Source: Clostridia bacterium (GTDB lineage: Bacteria; Bacillota; Clostridia; Christensenellales; CAG-138). From it: a stretch of 64,000 nucleotides of DNA. Location of the stretch: the NCBI GenBank assembly GCA_017435905.1, contig JAFSEB010000075.1, positions 4,452 to 68,451 on the forward strand. Direction: 5' to 3'. Under the pieces are notes generated by a model. It was not told where the DNA came from, searched no databases, and worked only from the letters and a program-made list of their open reading frames with translations. How positions within the stretch are numbered: the stretch's first letter is position 1; each line of letters opens with the position of its first letter. Both the position numbers and the translations under genes were made by a program. Positions 36,521 through 45,495 of this stretch are shown piece by piece.

Positions 36521-38470
36521 ATGGATAACTCTGCGCTTTTTGCAGGAACACGGTCTGCAGCGGTGCGGAATAGAGGTTTCATGAAGCTTCTGAAGAAGAT
36601 CAGGCTGCGATTACTGCCGAATATCGATCTCGTAAAAGCATCGCGCATTGCTATGCTTGTTATTTGCGATATTGCACTTATTAATGCTGCCTCCTTTCTT
36701 GCGCTTTGGATCCGATTTGAGTTCAGCGTGCAGGATATGCTCCAAAGCGGCTTCCTGCCGAGTATCATTGCAAATGCGCTGCCGTATACTGCCGCAGCGG
36801 TCGCAGTCATCGCAGCAATGCGCCTTTATGTCAGCCTTTGGGAGTATGCAGGGTTTGATGAATTCGTGCGCATTTGTATCGCCTGCATCCTGATCGATTC
36901 CGTAGGATACCTTGGACTGATCGTCCGCTCATTACCGATCCCCCGCAGCTATCCCGTGCTGAACGGGATGTTTCTCGTTCTGTTTATTGCAGGCCTTCGC
37001 TTTTCCTATCGCTTTATTCGAAAAGAATTGCGGAGCCGTGCAAATAAAGGCAAACGTACCATGCTGATCGGTGCCGGCGAAGCAGCATTTATGGCGCTCA
37101 GAGAATTCTCTTCCAGCCGCTATTCCCAAAATGACGTTATTTGCCTGATCGATGACGACGTCAACAAGCAGGGAAGATATCTCTGCGGAGTCAGGATCGT
37201 GGGCGGCGAAGAATATATTGAAGAAGCGGTGCGCAAATTTAGGATCGATGAGATCATATTTGCCATTCCATCCGCATCGCCGCAGCGAAAAAAGGAACTT
37301 CTCTCCACATGCCAAAGGACGGGCTGCAAGCTCAAAACGCTGCCGGGTCTTTTCCAGCTTGCAAACGGTGAGGTGACAATCCAGCAGATCCGTAATGTAG
37401 AGATCGAAGACCTGCTTGGACGTGATGTGGTGGATGTCGATATCAGCGGCATCATGGATTATGTACATGACAGAGTTGTTCTTGTGACGGGCGGCGGCGG
37501 CAGCATCGGCAGTGAGCTTTGCAGGCAGCTTGCCGCACATATGCCAAAGCAGCTCATTGTGCTCGATATTTATGAGAATAACGCCTATGCCATTGAACAG
37601 GAGCTGAAAGCGGATCATCCCGACCTCAGTATCCATGTGCTCATTGGATCTGTCAGAGATGAAAAACGCCTGGCAGATGTGTTTTCACGGTTCCGGCCGG
37701 AACTCGTTTTTCACGCTGCAGCGCATAAACATGTGCCGCTCATGGAAGCAAGCCCCCTCGAGGCGATCAAAAACAATGTTTTCGGCACGTTGAATGTTGC
37801 AAACTGCGCTGACAGGTTCGGCGCTAAACGCATGCTGCTTATCGGCACCGATAAGGCAGTACGACCCACCAATATCATGGGCGCAACAAAACGCATCTGC
37901 GAGATGATCGTGCAGATGATGAACGGCAGCTCCCAAACGGAATATGTGGCGGTTCGCTTCGGAAATGTGCTTGGGTCAAACGGATCGGTGATCCCTCTTT
38001 TTAAAAAGCAGATAGAAGCCGGAGGCCCCGTCACCGTTACCCATAAGGATATCATACGGTATTTTATGACGATTCGGGAGGCAGTAGCGCTTGTTCTGCA
38101 GGCAGGTGCTTATGCAAAAGGCGGAGAGATATTCGTCCTTGATATGGGCGATCCTGTCCGCATCGATGATCTGGCAAGAAACATGATCAAGCTGAGCGGC
38201 TTTGAACCGGATGTGGATATTCCGATCCGCTACATTGGGTTAAGACCGGGCGAAAAGCTCTTTGAAGAGCTGCTGCTTGCGGAAAAAGGAATGAAACGAA
38301 CCCCGAATGAGCTGATCTATATCGGGCAGCCGCTGCATTTTGATGATGAGACTCTCCGAAAGGAACTGGCAGACCTAAAACAGCTTTGCAATAACAGCGG
38401 AGAAGAAGCAGCAGTTTACGAAGCTGTAAAACGGATCGTTCCCGAATACAGTCCCTCAAAAACAAGATAA
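36521..38470 (+). CDS. Membrane-bound polysaccharide biosynthesis protein CapD/PglF-type (nucleotide-sugar 4,6-dehydratase)
   Basis: 4 N-terminal TM helices, a first Rossmann region (MLIGAGEAA) and an SDR domain (VLVTGGGGSIGSEL...FHAAAHKHVPLME...TDKAVRPTNIMGATKR). An alternative start at ATG 36581 is favoured by a TTGACA-N17/18-TTTAAT promoter at 36478-36507. Confidence 0.85.
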   Translation: MDNSALFAGTRSAAVRNRGFMKLLKKIRLRLLPNIDLVKASRIAMLVICDIALINAASFLALWIRFEFSVQDMLQSGFLPSIIANALPYTAAAVAVIAAMRLYVSLWEYAGFDEFVRICIACILIDSVGYLGLIVRSLPIPRSYPVLNGMFLVLFIAGLRFSYRFIRKELRSRANKGKRTMLIGAGEAAFMALREFSSSRYSQNDVICLIDDDVNKQGRYLCGVRIVGGEEYIEEAVRKFRIDEIIFAIPSASPQRKKELLSTCQRTGCKLKTLPGLFQLANGEVTIQQIRNVEIEDLLGRDVVDVDISGIMDYVHDRVVLVTGGGGSIGSELCRQLAAHMPKQLIVLDIYENNAYAIEQELKADHPDLSIHVLIGSVRDEKRLADVFSRFRPELVFHAAAHKHVPLMEASPLEAIKNNVFGTLNVANCADRFGAKRMLLIGTDKAVRPTNIMGATKRICEMIVQMMNGSSQTEYVAVRFGNVLGSNGSVIPLFKKQIEAGGPVTVTHKDIIRYFMTIREAVALVLQAGAYAKGGEIFVLDMGDPVRIDDLARNMIKLSGFEPDVDIPIRYIGLRPGEKLFEELLLAEKGMKRTPNELIYIGQPLHFDDETLRKELADLKQLCNNSGEEAAVYEAVKRIVPEYSPSKTR

Positions 38471-39472
38471 ATGCACACAGGAAAACAAAACATGACAGAA
38501 TATGCAGCTATGCCGGTTTTTCCGGAACACACACACTTTCTTGTCACGGGCGGTGCGGGCTTTATCGGCTCCAATATTTGCGAGAGCCTGCTCAAAATGG
38601 GGTACCGCGTCCGCTGTCTTGACGATCTTTCAACGGGAAAAACGGAAAACCTTGAGAGTTTTTCGGGCTGTGACAGGTTTGAGTTTATAAAGGGTGACAT
38701 CCGTGATTTTGATACCTGTATGCGTGCTGCAGAAGGGGTGGATTATGTGCTGCACCATGCAGCGTAGGGCAGCGTACCGAGAAGCATCGAATTGCCGCTC
38801 ATATATGATCTGATCAATGTACACGGCACTGTCAACATGATGGAAGCTGCGCTCCGTGCCGGAGTGAAACGGTTCGTTTATGCATCAAGTTCCGCCGTTT
38901 ACGGCGATGATGAGACCCTTCCAAAGGTGGAGGAGAAGGTGGGCAGGCTGCTTTCTCCCTATGCGCTCAGTAAATATGCGGATGAACTTTATGCGCAGCA
39001 GTATCATATGCACTATGGGCTTGCAACAGTCGGGCTTCGGTATTTCAATGTATACGGAAAACGGCAGAATCCCGAGGGCGCATATGCCGCCGTGATCCCG
39101 AAATTTTTGAAAATGATGCTGTCGGGTGAACGGCCGATCATATTTGGTGACGGTACACAGACCCGTGATTTCGTGTATGTCGATGATGTGGTACAGGCAA
39201 ATCTCAGAGCTTGTCTTGCACCGAACGATGCGAACGGGGAAGCTTTCAACATTGCCTTTGGCGGGAAGCTGGAGCTTAATGCCATGCTTGCTGCACTTGA
39301 GAAAGCGCTTGGCATTGAAGTTGAACCTGTTTATTTGGAGGAACGGGCAGGGGATATCAAGCATAGCAGTGCAGATATTTCCAAAGCAAAGCGTGTGCTG
39401 CGGTTTGCTCCCCGGTGGGATTTTGAAAAAGGGATCGCCGAGGCGATCGAATGGTACAGGAAGAACCTTTGA
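38471..39472 (+). pseudogene. NAD-dependent nucleotide-sugar 4-epimerase (WbpP/TviC-like) interrupted by one in-frame TAG (38765-38767)
   Basis: ORFs 38471-38767 and 38792-39472 are in the same frame. The joined product reads VTGGAGFIGSN...VLHHAA*GSVPRSIELP...YASSSAVYG...YALSKY. The family normally has AALGSVPRS at this point, so TTG>TAG is plausible. Confidence 0.75.
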
Positions 39473-40697
39473 AGACGGCAATGACAGCGGCAGAAAAACA
39501 GCTCATCTCGCTGATGCGGGCCTATATGCACCATAGTATACCTGAGGATCATATGCTTCGGTCCGATCAGGCGCTTTGGGTGCGGCTGTTCGAGTTAGCG
39601 GAAAGCCACAAGCTGACGCCGGCAGCTTTTGACCGGCTGTCTGTGCTGCCTGATATTGGGGAGAGGATGCCGTCTTTCCTGTACGAAAAATGGAAACAGC
39701 GTGCCCGTGCGCTTACCGTGAAGCAAACCAGATTTGATGCGGAACTTGCTTCGATTCTTGATATGCTTGATAAAAACGGGATCTGCTATGCGCTTGTGAA
39801 AAGTGCGTTCTGCAGAACGTTGTATCAAAACGGCGCTCTGCGCATTTCCTCGGATGAGGATATCATTGCGGCGGAACGGGATTTTCCCCGTGCATGTACG
39901 CTGTTTACGCAATTGGGTTTCACGACGGCAGATGTGCCCGATAAAGCAGATGTGGTCCATTTCCGAAAGCCGAATGGGTTCTATATTGAACTCCATAAAA
40001 CGCATTCGGCGATGATGTTGCCCTGAACGGTTTGTTTGAAGAGGCACTTTCCTCACGCATAAAATGGAATTTAGGCTTTAGCTGCGGCTATACTTTTTCA
40101 CCGACAGAAAACTTTCTTATGCTGGTGCTGCATGCCAAAAAGCATTTTATCGCCGGCGGCTTCGGCCTGCGTACGCTTGCGGATATTGCGAAGTTTGCCA
40201 TTCTTCACGGAAAAGCCGTGGATTGGGAGAAAGCGGAAGCTGTTCTGAAAGAAAACAAAGCTTTCCGTTTTGTTCAGGCTTTGTTTTCTCTTGCGGAAGC
40301 CTTTCTTGGGTTTTCCCATCTTGATGCAGGCTGTCCGGAATGGTTTGTGGGAAAAGAAAACGAAGAGGCACTTTTTTCCGACATTCTTGATGCAGGTATT
40401 TACGGGAAGAGCAGTATGAGCCGCATTCACAGCGCCAATATGACGGCAGCCGCAAGCAAAAAGGGAAAGAAAACAGGTGTAGCGGCAGCACTTTTCCCGA
40501 ATGCAGAGGTCGTGAAGCGCCGCTACCGCTATTTGGATCGCTATCCTGTGCTGCTCCCGTTTGCTTATGTGCAGCGCATGTTCGGCTATGCATATGAAGT
40601 TGCCGCAGGCGAGTTCAAAAACAACAGCCCCGATAAAAGCATCCGTATTGCAGAACAACGCATGAAGCTGCTTCAAAAGTATGGAATGATCGAATAA
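39451..40697 (+). pseudogene. Uncharacterised nucleotidyltransferase family (NTP_transf_5-like) gene split by a 1-nt frameshift near 39997-40000
   Basis: ORF 39451-40026 ends ...FYIELHKTHSAMMLP*. The frame of ORF 40032-40697 is open from 39999 (NAFGDDVALNGLFEEAL...). Adding one A to the A4 run would restore ...IELHKNAFGDD.... The second ORF has no RBS. Confidence 0.6.
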
Positions 40698-40706
40698 AGG
40701 AGAGCC

Positions 40707-41786
40707 ATGGACCAAAACGCAAAAAAGAAAAAGAAACTTCCCGTATGGGTCACGGTCGTGCTGTGTATTCTTCTGGCGGTATGCGTATTTGCAGCGGCAG
40801 TTCTTCTTTTTGTAAACGGAAAACTGAACAGGATCAGCGAGATCGATCAGCCGGACGCTACTCCCGTTCCGACGGACGGCATGGAGGAAGAAGAAATATT
40901 TGAACAGGAAGAACCCGCCGGCGAGCTTGCTGAAACCGAACTTGAAGAGCTGCTTCCCGAGGATGTGCAGTGGGCGGAACCCTCTCAAGCACCGGAGGAG
41001 GAAATAATACCGGCCGATGATCCCGGCAGCGCTGTCACCAATGTCCTTTTGATCGGGCAGGACAGAAGGCCGGACGAAAACGGCCGTACCCGTTCTGATG
41101 CCATGATCATCGTCAGTATGAACCGCAATACGGGAAAAGTAACTCTTGTTTCCGTGATGCGTGATACATATGTGCAGATCGAAGGGTATCAGGATAACCG
41201 CATCAACACCGCTTATCGCTTTGGCGGCGCAAAGCTTCTTTGCGATACCATAGAAAAGAACTTCAGTGTTCATATCGATGGCACTGTCGGTGTCCATTTC
41301 AGCGGATTTATCGATGTGATCGATGCGGTGGGCGGCGTGGATATCGAAGTAACGGCTGAAGAAGCCGGTTATATGAACCTGACGCAGGAGGGCATCCGTG
41401 TCGGAATGAACACACTAAGCGGCGAAGAAGCCCTGTGTTATTCGAGGCTGCGCCATCTTGAAGGCGGCGACAGAATGCGTACATGGCGTCAGCGCAATGT
41501 GATCATGTCATTGATCGAACGGTTCAAGGGTTGCAGCGTCGGCGAATTGAATGCATTGATCGATACCGTTCTGCCCTATGTATCCACGGATCTATCCAAC
41601 ATTGAGATCATGGAGTGCGCATTGACGGCGCTGAAAATGGATCTTGGCGACATTCGCTCTCACTCCATTCCGATCGCAGGGGCATACAAGGCTGCCCGTA
41701 TCCGCGGTATGGCTGTTTATGTGCCGGATCTTGATAAAACACAGGAAGCGCTCAGGGATCTTCTTAACGGAGATGCCGTATCATAA
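40707..41786 (+). CDS. LytR-CpsA-Psr (LCP) family glycopolymer transferase
   Basis: An N-terminal TM segment and an acidic linker, then LLIGQDRR...RSDAMIIVSMN...VSVMRDTYV...RINTAYRFGG. Confidence 0.9.
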   Translation: MDQNAKKKKKLPVWVTVVLCILLAVCVFAAAVLLFVNGKLNRISEIDQPDATPVPTDGMEEEEIFEQEEPAGELAETELEELLPEDVQWAEPSQAPEEEIIPADDPGSAVTNVLLIGQDRRPDENGRTRSDAMIIVSMNRNTGKVTLVSVMRDTYVQIEGYQDNRINTAYRFGGAKLLCDTIEKNFSVHIDGTVGVHFSGFIDVIDAVGGVDIEVTAEEAGYMNLTQEGIRVGMNTLSGEEALCYSRLRHLEGGDRMRTWRQRNVIMSLIERFKGCSVGELNALIDTVLPYVSTDLSNIEIMECALTALKMDLGDIRSHSIPIAGAYKAARIRGMAVYVPDLDKTQEALRDLLNGDAVS

Positions 41787-41802
41787 AACAGGCAAGAAGG
41801 AA

Positions 41803-42258
41803 ATGCCAATGAAGCAGATGCAGACAGACTCACTTTACGAGACATGCCGTGCACAGATCGGTGCAGGGGAGTCTGTTTGGCTGCGCATTACCGGAAACAG
41901 TATGGCGCCGTTTTTGGTTGATTCACGCAATTCCGTTTGTCTTGCGGCGATCAAAACACCTGTACGGAGAGGCGATATCATCCTTTACAGACGTGAAAAC
42001 GGCTCTTTGGTCCTGCATCGGGTATATGCGGTGAAAAAAGAAGGTCTGTTCTTCGTTGGAGACGGTCAGCGAAAAACGGAAGGCCCTGTTCGGGAGGACG
42101 CCCTGGTTGCCCGTGCGGTTTCGGCAAAGCGAAAGGGAATAGAGATAGGGCAGAAAGACCTTCTTTGGCTGCTGTTTCGTACCGTTTGGTTGCGGGTGCT
42201 GCCTTTGCGCAAAACGATCCTTGCCGCATACAGGCTGCTGCGGCGAAAGAAAGCTTGA
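41803..42258 (+). CDS. S24/S26-like serine peptidase domain protein with a C-terminal hydrophobic/basic tail
   Basis: ITGNSMAPFL (the nucleophile Ser context of signal-peptidase/LexA-like folds) and RGDIILYR...LVLHRV. Start at 41803 after GAAGGA; the ORF track opens at 41644 inside the LCP gene. Confidence 0.6.
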   Translation: MPMKQMQTDSLYETCRAQIGAGESVWLRITGNSMAPFLVDSRNSVCLAAIKTPVRRGDIILYRRENGSLVLHRVYAVKKEGLFFVGDGQRKTEGPVREDALVARAVSAKRKGIEIGQKDLLWLLFRTVWLRVLPLRKTILAAYRLLRRKKA

Positions 42259-42276
42259 TAATGAAGGAATCTATGT

Positions 42277-42999
42277 ATGATCGATGTTCATGCACATATT
42301 TTGCCCGGATATGATGACGGTGCGCAGCAGATGTCCGATGCGCTGATTATGGCGGAAATGGCAGCGGACAGCGGCGTTACAGGTATTGCGGCAACACCGC
42401 ATGTGCTCGATGACAGGATCCCGGATCCGGCGGCGCTCCACGCTGCGTTTGCTGCACTGCGATTTGCGCTCGATGACTGTGCGATCCCGGTTGAACTGTA
42501 TTCGGGAATGGAGATCATGGCAACGGAGAAAACGCCATCTCTTCTTGCTGCAGGTAAGCTCCTTACGCTGAACGGTTCCCGTTATCCGCTTTTGGAGTTT
42601 GGTTTTTCAGAGACGGCAGCGCATATGGAAAAGATCCTGTATGCCGTGCAGGCGGAGGGCTTTATTCCGATACTTGCTCACCCGGAGCGGTACTATTCGC
42701 TGCAGGATATGCCGCAAAGGGCAATGCGTATGGCGGAAAATGGCATCCTGCTGCAGCTTGATAAGGACAGTATCCTTGGCAAAATGGAGAAAAACGCCGT
42801 TCGGTGCGCACATATGCTTTTGTCCGAAAGGTGTGTTCATGCCGTTGCAAGTGATGCGCACCGACCGAATTACCGCACCACACGCTTGAACCGTGCACAG
42901 GAATATACGGCGCTTCATTATTCTTTTGAAGCGGCATACCTGCTTTTTGAAGAAAACCCGTATTCGATCGTACACGATCTTCCCGTGAAAAGCCTGTAA
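42277..42999 (+). CDS. cpsB: CpsB/YwqE-type PHP-domain protein-tyrosine phosphatase
   Basis: MIDVHAHILPGYDDGA...ATPH...LAHPERY...ASDAH metal-binding motifs. Confidence 0.9.
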   Translation: MIDVHAHILPGYDDGAQQMSDALIMAEMAADSGVTGIAATPHVLDDRIPDPAALHAAFAALRFALDDCAIPVELYSGMEIMATEKTPSLLAAGKLLTLNGSRYPLLEFGFSETAAHMEKILYAVQAEGFIPILAHPERYYSLQDMPQRAMRMAENGILLQLDKDSILGKMEKNAVRCAHMLLSERCVHAVASDAHRPNYRTTRLNRAQEYTALHYSFEAAYLLFEENPYSIVHDLPVKSL

Positions 43000-43037
43000 A
43001 GAACCATTGCAGCGATCAACTTTGGAAGGATAGAACA

Positions 43038-43934
43038 ATGGAAAGAAAGAAACTCAGGATCATTGGTTGTGCCGTCTTGCTTCTTGCAATAGGAGCTGCC
43101 GGTGCATATCATTTTTTGGTGGAACGGGCAGCCGACCGTGTTGCGCCGGTGATCGAAGTTCCTGCCGATACCTTTTCGATCACAATGGATACGCCCGTTT
43201 CATCGCTTCTTTCCGGCGTTACTGCTTTTGATGACAGAGACGGCGATCTGACAAACCGGATCTTTATTGAAAAGATTTCAAAATTCGTTGCACCGGGAAA
43301 GAGTCATATTACCTTTGCTGCCGTGGATGCAAGCGGCAATGTGGGGAAAAAACAGTGCACCGTGATCTGGTCGGACTATGTTAGCCCGCAGTTTGATCTT
43401 AAGCAGCCGCTTCGTTTCTCATCTGCGGAGCGCATCAATGTTTTAGATCGCATCACTGCTGTTGATCGGCTTGACGGCGACATTTCAAACCATGTGAAAA
43501 TGACTCTTCTTAGCGGTACGCTTGCAGGGGTGGGGAATGCGGAGGCTGAAGTTCGTGTCACGAACAGCATGGGCGATACTGTATCCCTTGCGGTGAATGT
43601 GGAGATATTTGAAGCATCGGATCTTAATGCGATCTATGCTCCCGAGATCATGTTGAACAAATATATCCTGTATCTATCCGAAACGGAGCCCTTTATTCCC
43701 GAAACCATAGTGGAGGGGATTAAAGTGCGCTATGTGGGAACGCAGGCTGCTGCACTGGGGATCACGGAGGAGGATACTGTTGTCATGCCGGAGCAGTACG
43801 GAAAAAACCGCATTCGCATCACCTGCGAAACGGATCTTTCTGCTGTCGGTGTGCATGAAGTAAGATACACAACATCGCTTGACGGATACAGCGGCGGTAC
43901 GACTCTTTATGTGGTGAGGGGAGGAGACGCGTGA
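43038..43934 (+). CDS. Membrane-anchored hypothetical protein with Ig-like (DUF5011-type) repeats
   Basis: An N-terminal TM segment and two ...A.DDRDGDLTNRI... / ...AVDRLDGDISNHV... motifs, typical of bacterial Ig-like surface domains. Confidence 0.5.
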   Translation: MERKKLRIIGCAVLLLAIGAAGAYHFLVERAADRVAPVIEVPADTFSITMDTPVSSLLSGVTAFDDRDGDLTNRIFIEKISKFVAPGKSHITFAAVDASGNVGKKQCTVIWSDYVSPQFDLKQPLRFSSAERINVLDRITAVDRLDGDISNHVKMTLLSGTLAGVGNAEAEVRVTNSMGDTVSLAVNVEIFEASDLNAIYAPEIMLNKYILYLSETEPFIPETIVEGIKVRYVGTQAAALGITEEDTVVMPEQYGKNRIRITCETDLSAVGVHEVRYTTSLDGYSGGTTLYVVRGGDA

Positions 43935-45481
43935 ATATTCGGGAACAGAATGAGGCTCCTGCCGCAATGATGATAGATTGGGGCTGCATTATCAGAGCTG
44001 TTTTGAAACGCTGGGAGGTGATCGTGCTTGCAGCGATCATCAGTGCTGTCGGCGCTTATATCCTTGCAGGCGAACTGTATTCCCCCCGTTATTCGGCTAC
44101 GACCACCTATGTGGTTTCCGAACGGAGCGAATCCGTCAATGTTTACAGCAGTCTTGATGCTGCTTCCGACCTTGCGGAAGCTTTTACCGATATTTTGAAC
44201 AGCAATATCCTGAAGGAAAAGGTTTCGCTGCAAACAGGTCTTTCCATGGATAATGTGAAGATCCGGGCATCGCTGATCAGCGATACGAATCTTCTTGATC
44301 TCAAAGTGACTGCGGACAGACCTGAAGACGCTTTTTTCATTCTTGAAGCGCTGATTGAGCATCATGACATTGTGACATCCAAGGTCATGGGAAATGCCGT
44401 TCTTCAAACGCTGAAAGCGCCTACCGTGCCCACCGTTCCTGATAATGTCAGAAACAATAAAGGTATTGCGGTCAAAGCCGGCATTGCGGCGGCTGTTGCT
44501 GCAGTGGTAACCCTTGGTATCATCTGTTATCTTTCCGATACGGTGAAAAACGCAGAACAGGCAGCAGAGCTGATCGATGCGAAGCTTCTTTCCGTCATTC
44601 ATCATGAAAACAGCCGTGTGCGCATTGGAAAAGGAGGGCTTTCGGTCAAACGCCGGCTGCTGATACATCTTCCTTCCTGCGGCTTCCATTTTTCGGAGAC
44701 CTTCAAAAATCTTCGCGCCCGTGTGGAACACCGCATGGCGGAGGATCAAGGAAAAATACTGCTGATCGCAAGCGCTGCAAAGGGCGAGGGAAGAACAACT
44801 GTTGCTTCAAACCTTGCTGTGGCATTTGCACAGAAAAACAAACGTGTTGTGCTGATCGATTGTAATACCGCCGCCCCGGCTATTGCTTCTCTTTTCTCTA
44901 TCACACGGGAAAAAGATATGATGCTGAAGCGCTTTTCCTATTCTATCGGCACCAATACCGATTATTCGGTGCTTCGCAATGAGGATACAAGGCTCTATAT
45001 CGTAACAACGGTACGGATGAACGGAGCTGCCGAATTCTTCCTTGGCGCTTCCATGAAGCGAATGCTTGAGATCCTCTCTACAAAATTCGATTACATTATT
45101 TTGGATTCTCCCTGTTTTGATGAGGGGATAGAGGGGGAATGTCTTGCCCGCCTTGCATCCCATACGCTTCTTGTGGTACGGCAGGATGATCAGAAAGCAA
45201 AGCGCATCAACGATATGATCGATACCGTTTCCGCTGCCGGCAGCAAAGTGATCGGATTTGTGTTCAACGACGTGAAAGCATCGTTTGTTCCCGGAAATGA
45301 CGGGAAAAACGATGTATACGGGTATGGATACGGCGGATACGCCGGCTATGGCGGCAAATACGGTTCCCGCTACGGCAAATACAGTAATTACGGAAACTAC
45401 CGTTACGGAAAATACGAATATGGCCGCTACGGCTATCACAAACAGCAGGGTCAGGAGATCGACCCGGATACGTTGGACTAA
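43931..45481 (+). CDS. Fused Wzz chain-length-regulator / BY-kinase-like protein with degenerate catalytic motifs and a long Tyr cluster
   Basis: GTG start after GAGGGGAGGAG, and 2 TM segments flanking a Wzz-like loop. The P-loop region reads LLIASAAKGEGRTTVASNLAVAF, with R where the Walker A K belongs. Walker A' is LIDCNTAAP (no DxD) and Walker B is IILDSP. The C-terminus has 15 Tyr in about 40 aa. Confidence 0.8.
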   Translation: MNIREQNEAPAAMMIDWGCIIRAVLKRWEVIVLAAIISAVGAYILAGELYSPRYSATTTYVVSERSESVNVYSSLDAASDLAEAFTDILNSNILKEKVSLQTGLSMDNVKIRASLISDTNLLDLKVTADRPEDAFFILEALIEHHDIVTSKVMGNAVLQTLKAPTVPTVPDNVRNNKGIAVKAGIAAAVAAVVTLGIICYLSDTVKNAEQAAELIDAKLLSVIHHENSRVRIGKGGLSVKRRLLIHLPSCGFHFSETFKNLRARVEHRMAEDQGKILLIASAAKGEGRTTVASNLAVAFAQKNKRVVLIDCNTAAPAIASLFSITREKDMMLKRFSYSIGTNTDYSVLRNEDTRLYIVTTVRMNGAAEFFLGASMKRMLEILSTKFDYIILDSPCFDEGIEGECLARLASHTLLVVRQDDQKAKRINDMIDTVSAAGSKVIGFVFNDVKASFVPGNDGKNDVYGYGYGGYAGYGGKYGSRYGKYSNYGNYRYGKYEYGRYGYHKQQGQEIDPDTLD

Positions 45482-45495
45482 GGAGGGCAGAATCG

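Noticed and set aside
38765-38767. The in-frame TAG might be a recoded (pyrrolysine or read-through) codon.
   Set aside because: TAG terminates at least two clearly complete genes in the window (at 14715-14717 and 22038-22040). No pyl genes or PYLIS-like context is visible, and relatives have Leu at this position. A nonsense mutation or a sequencing error is more economical.
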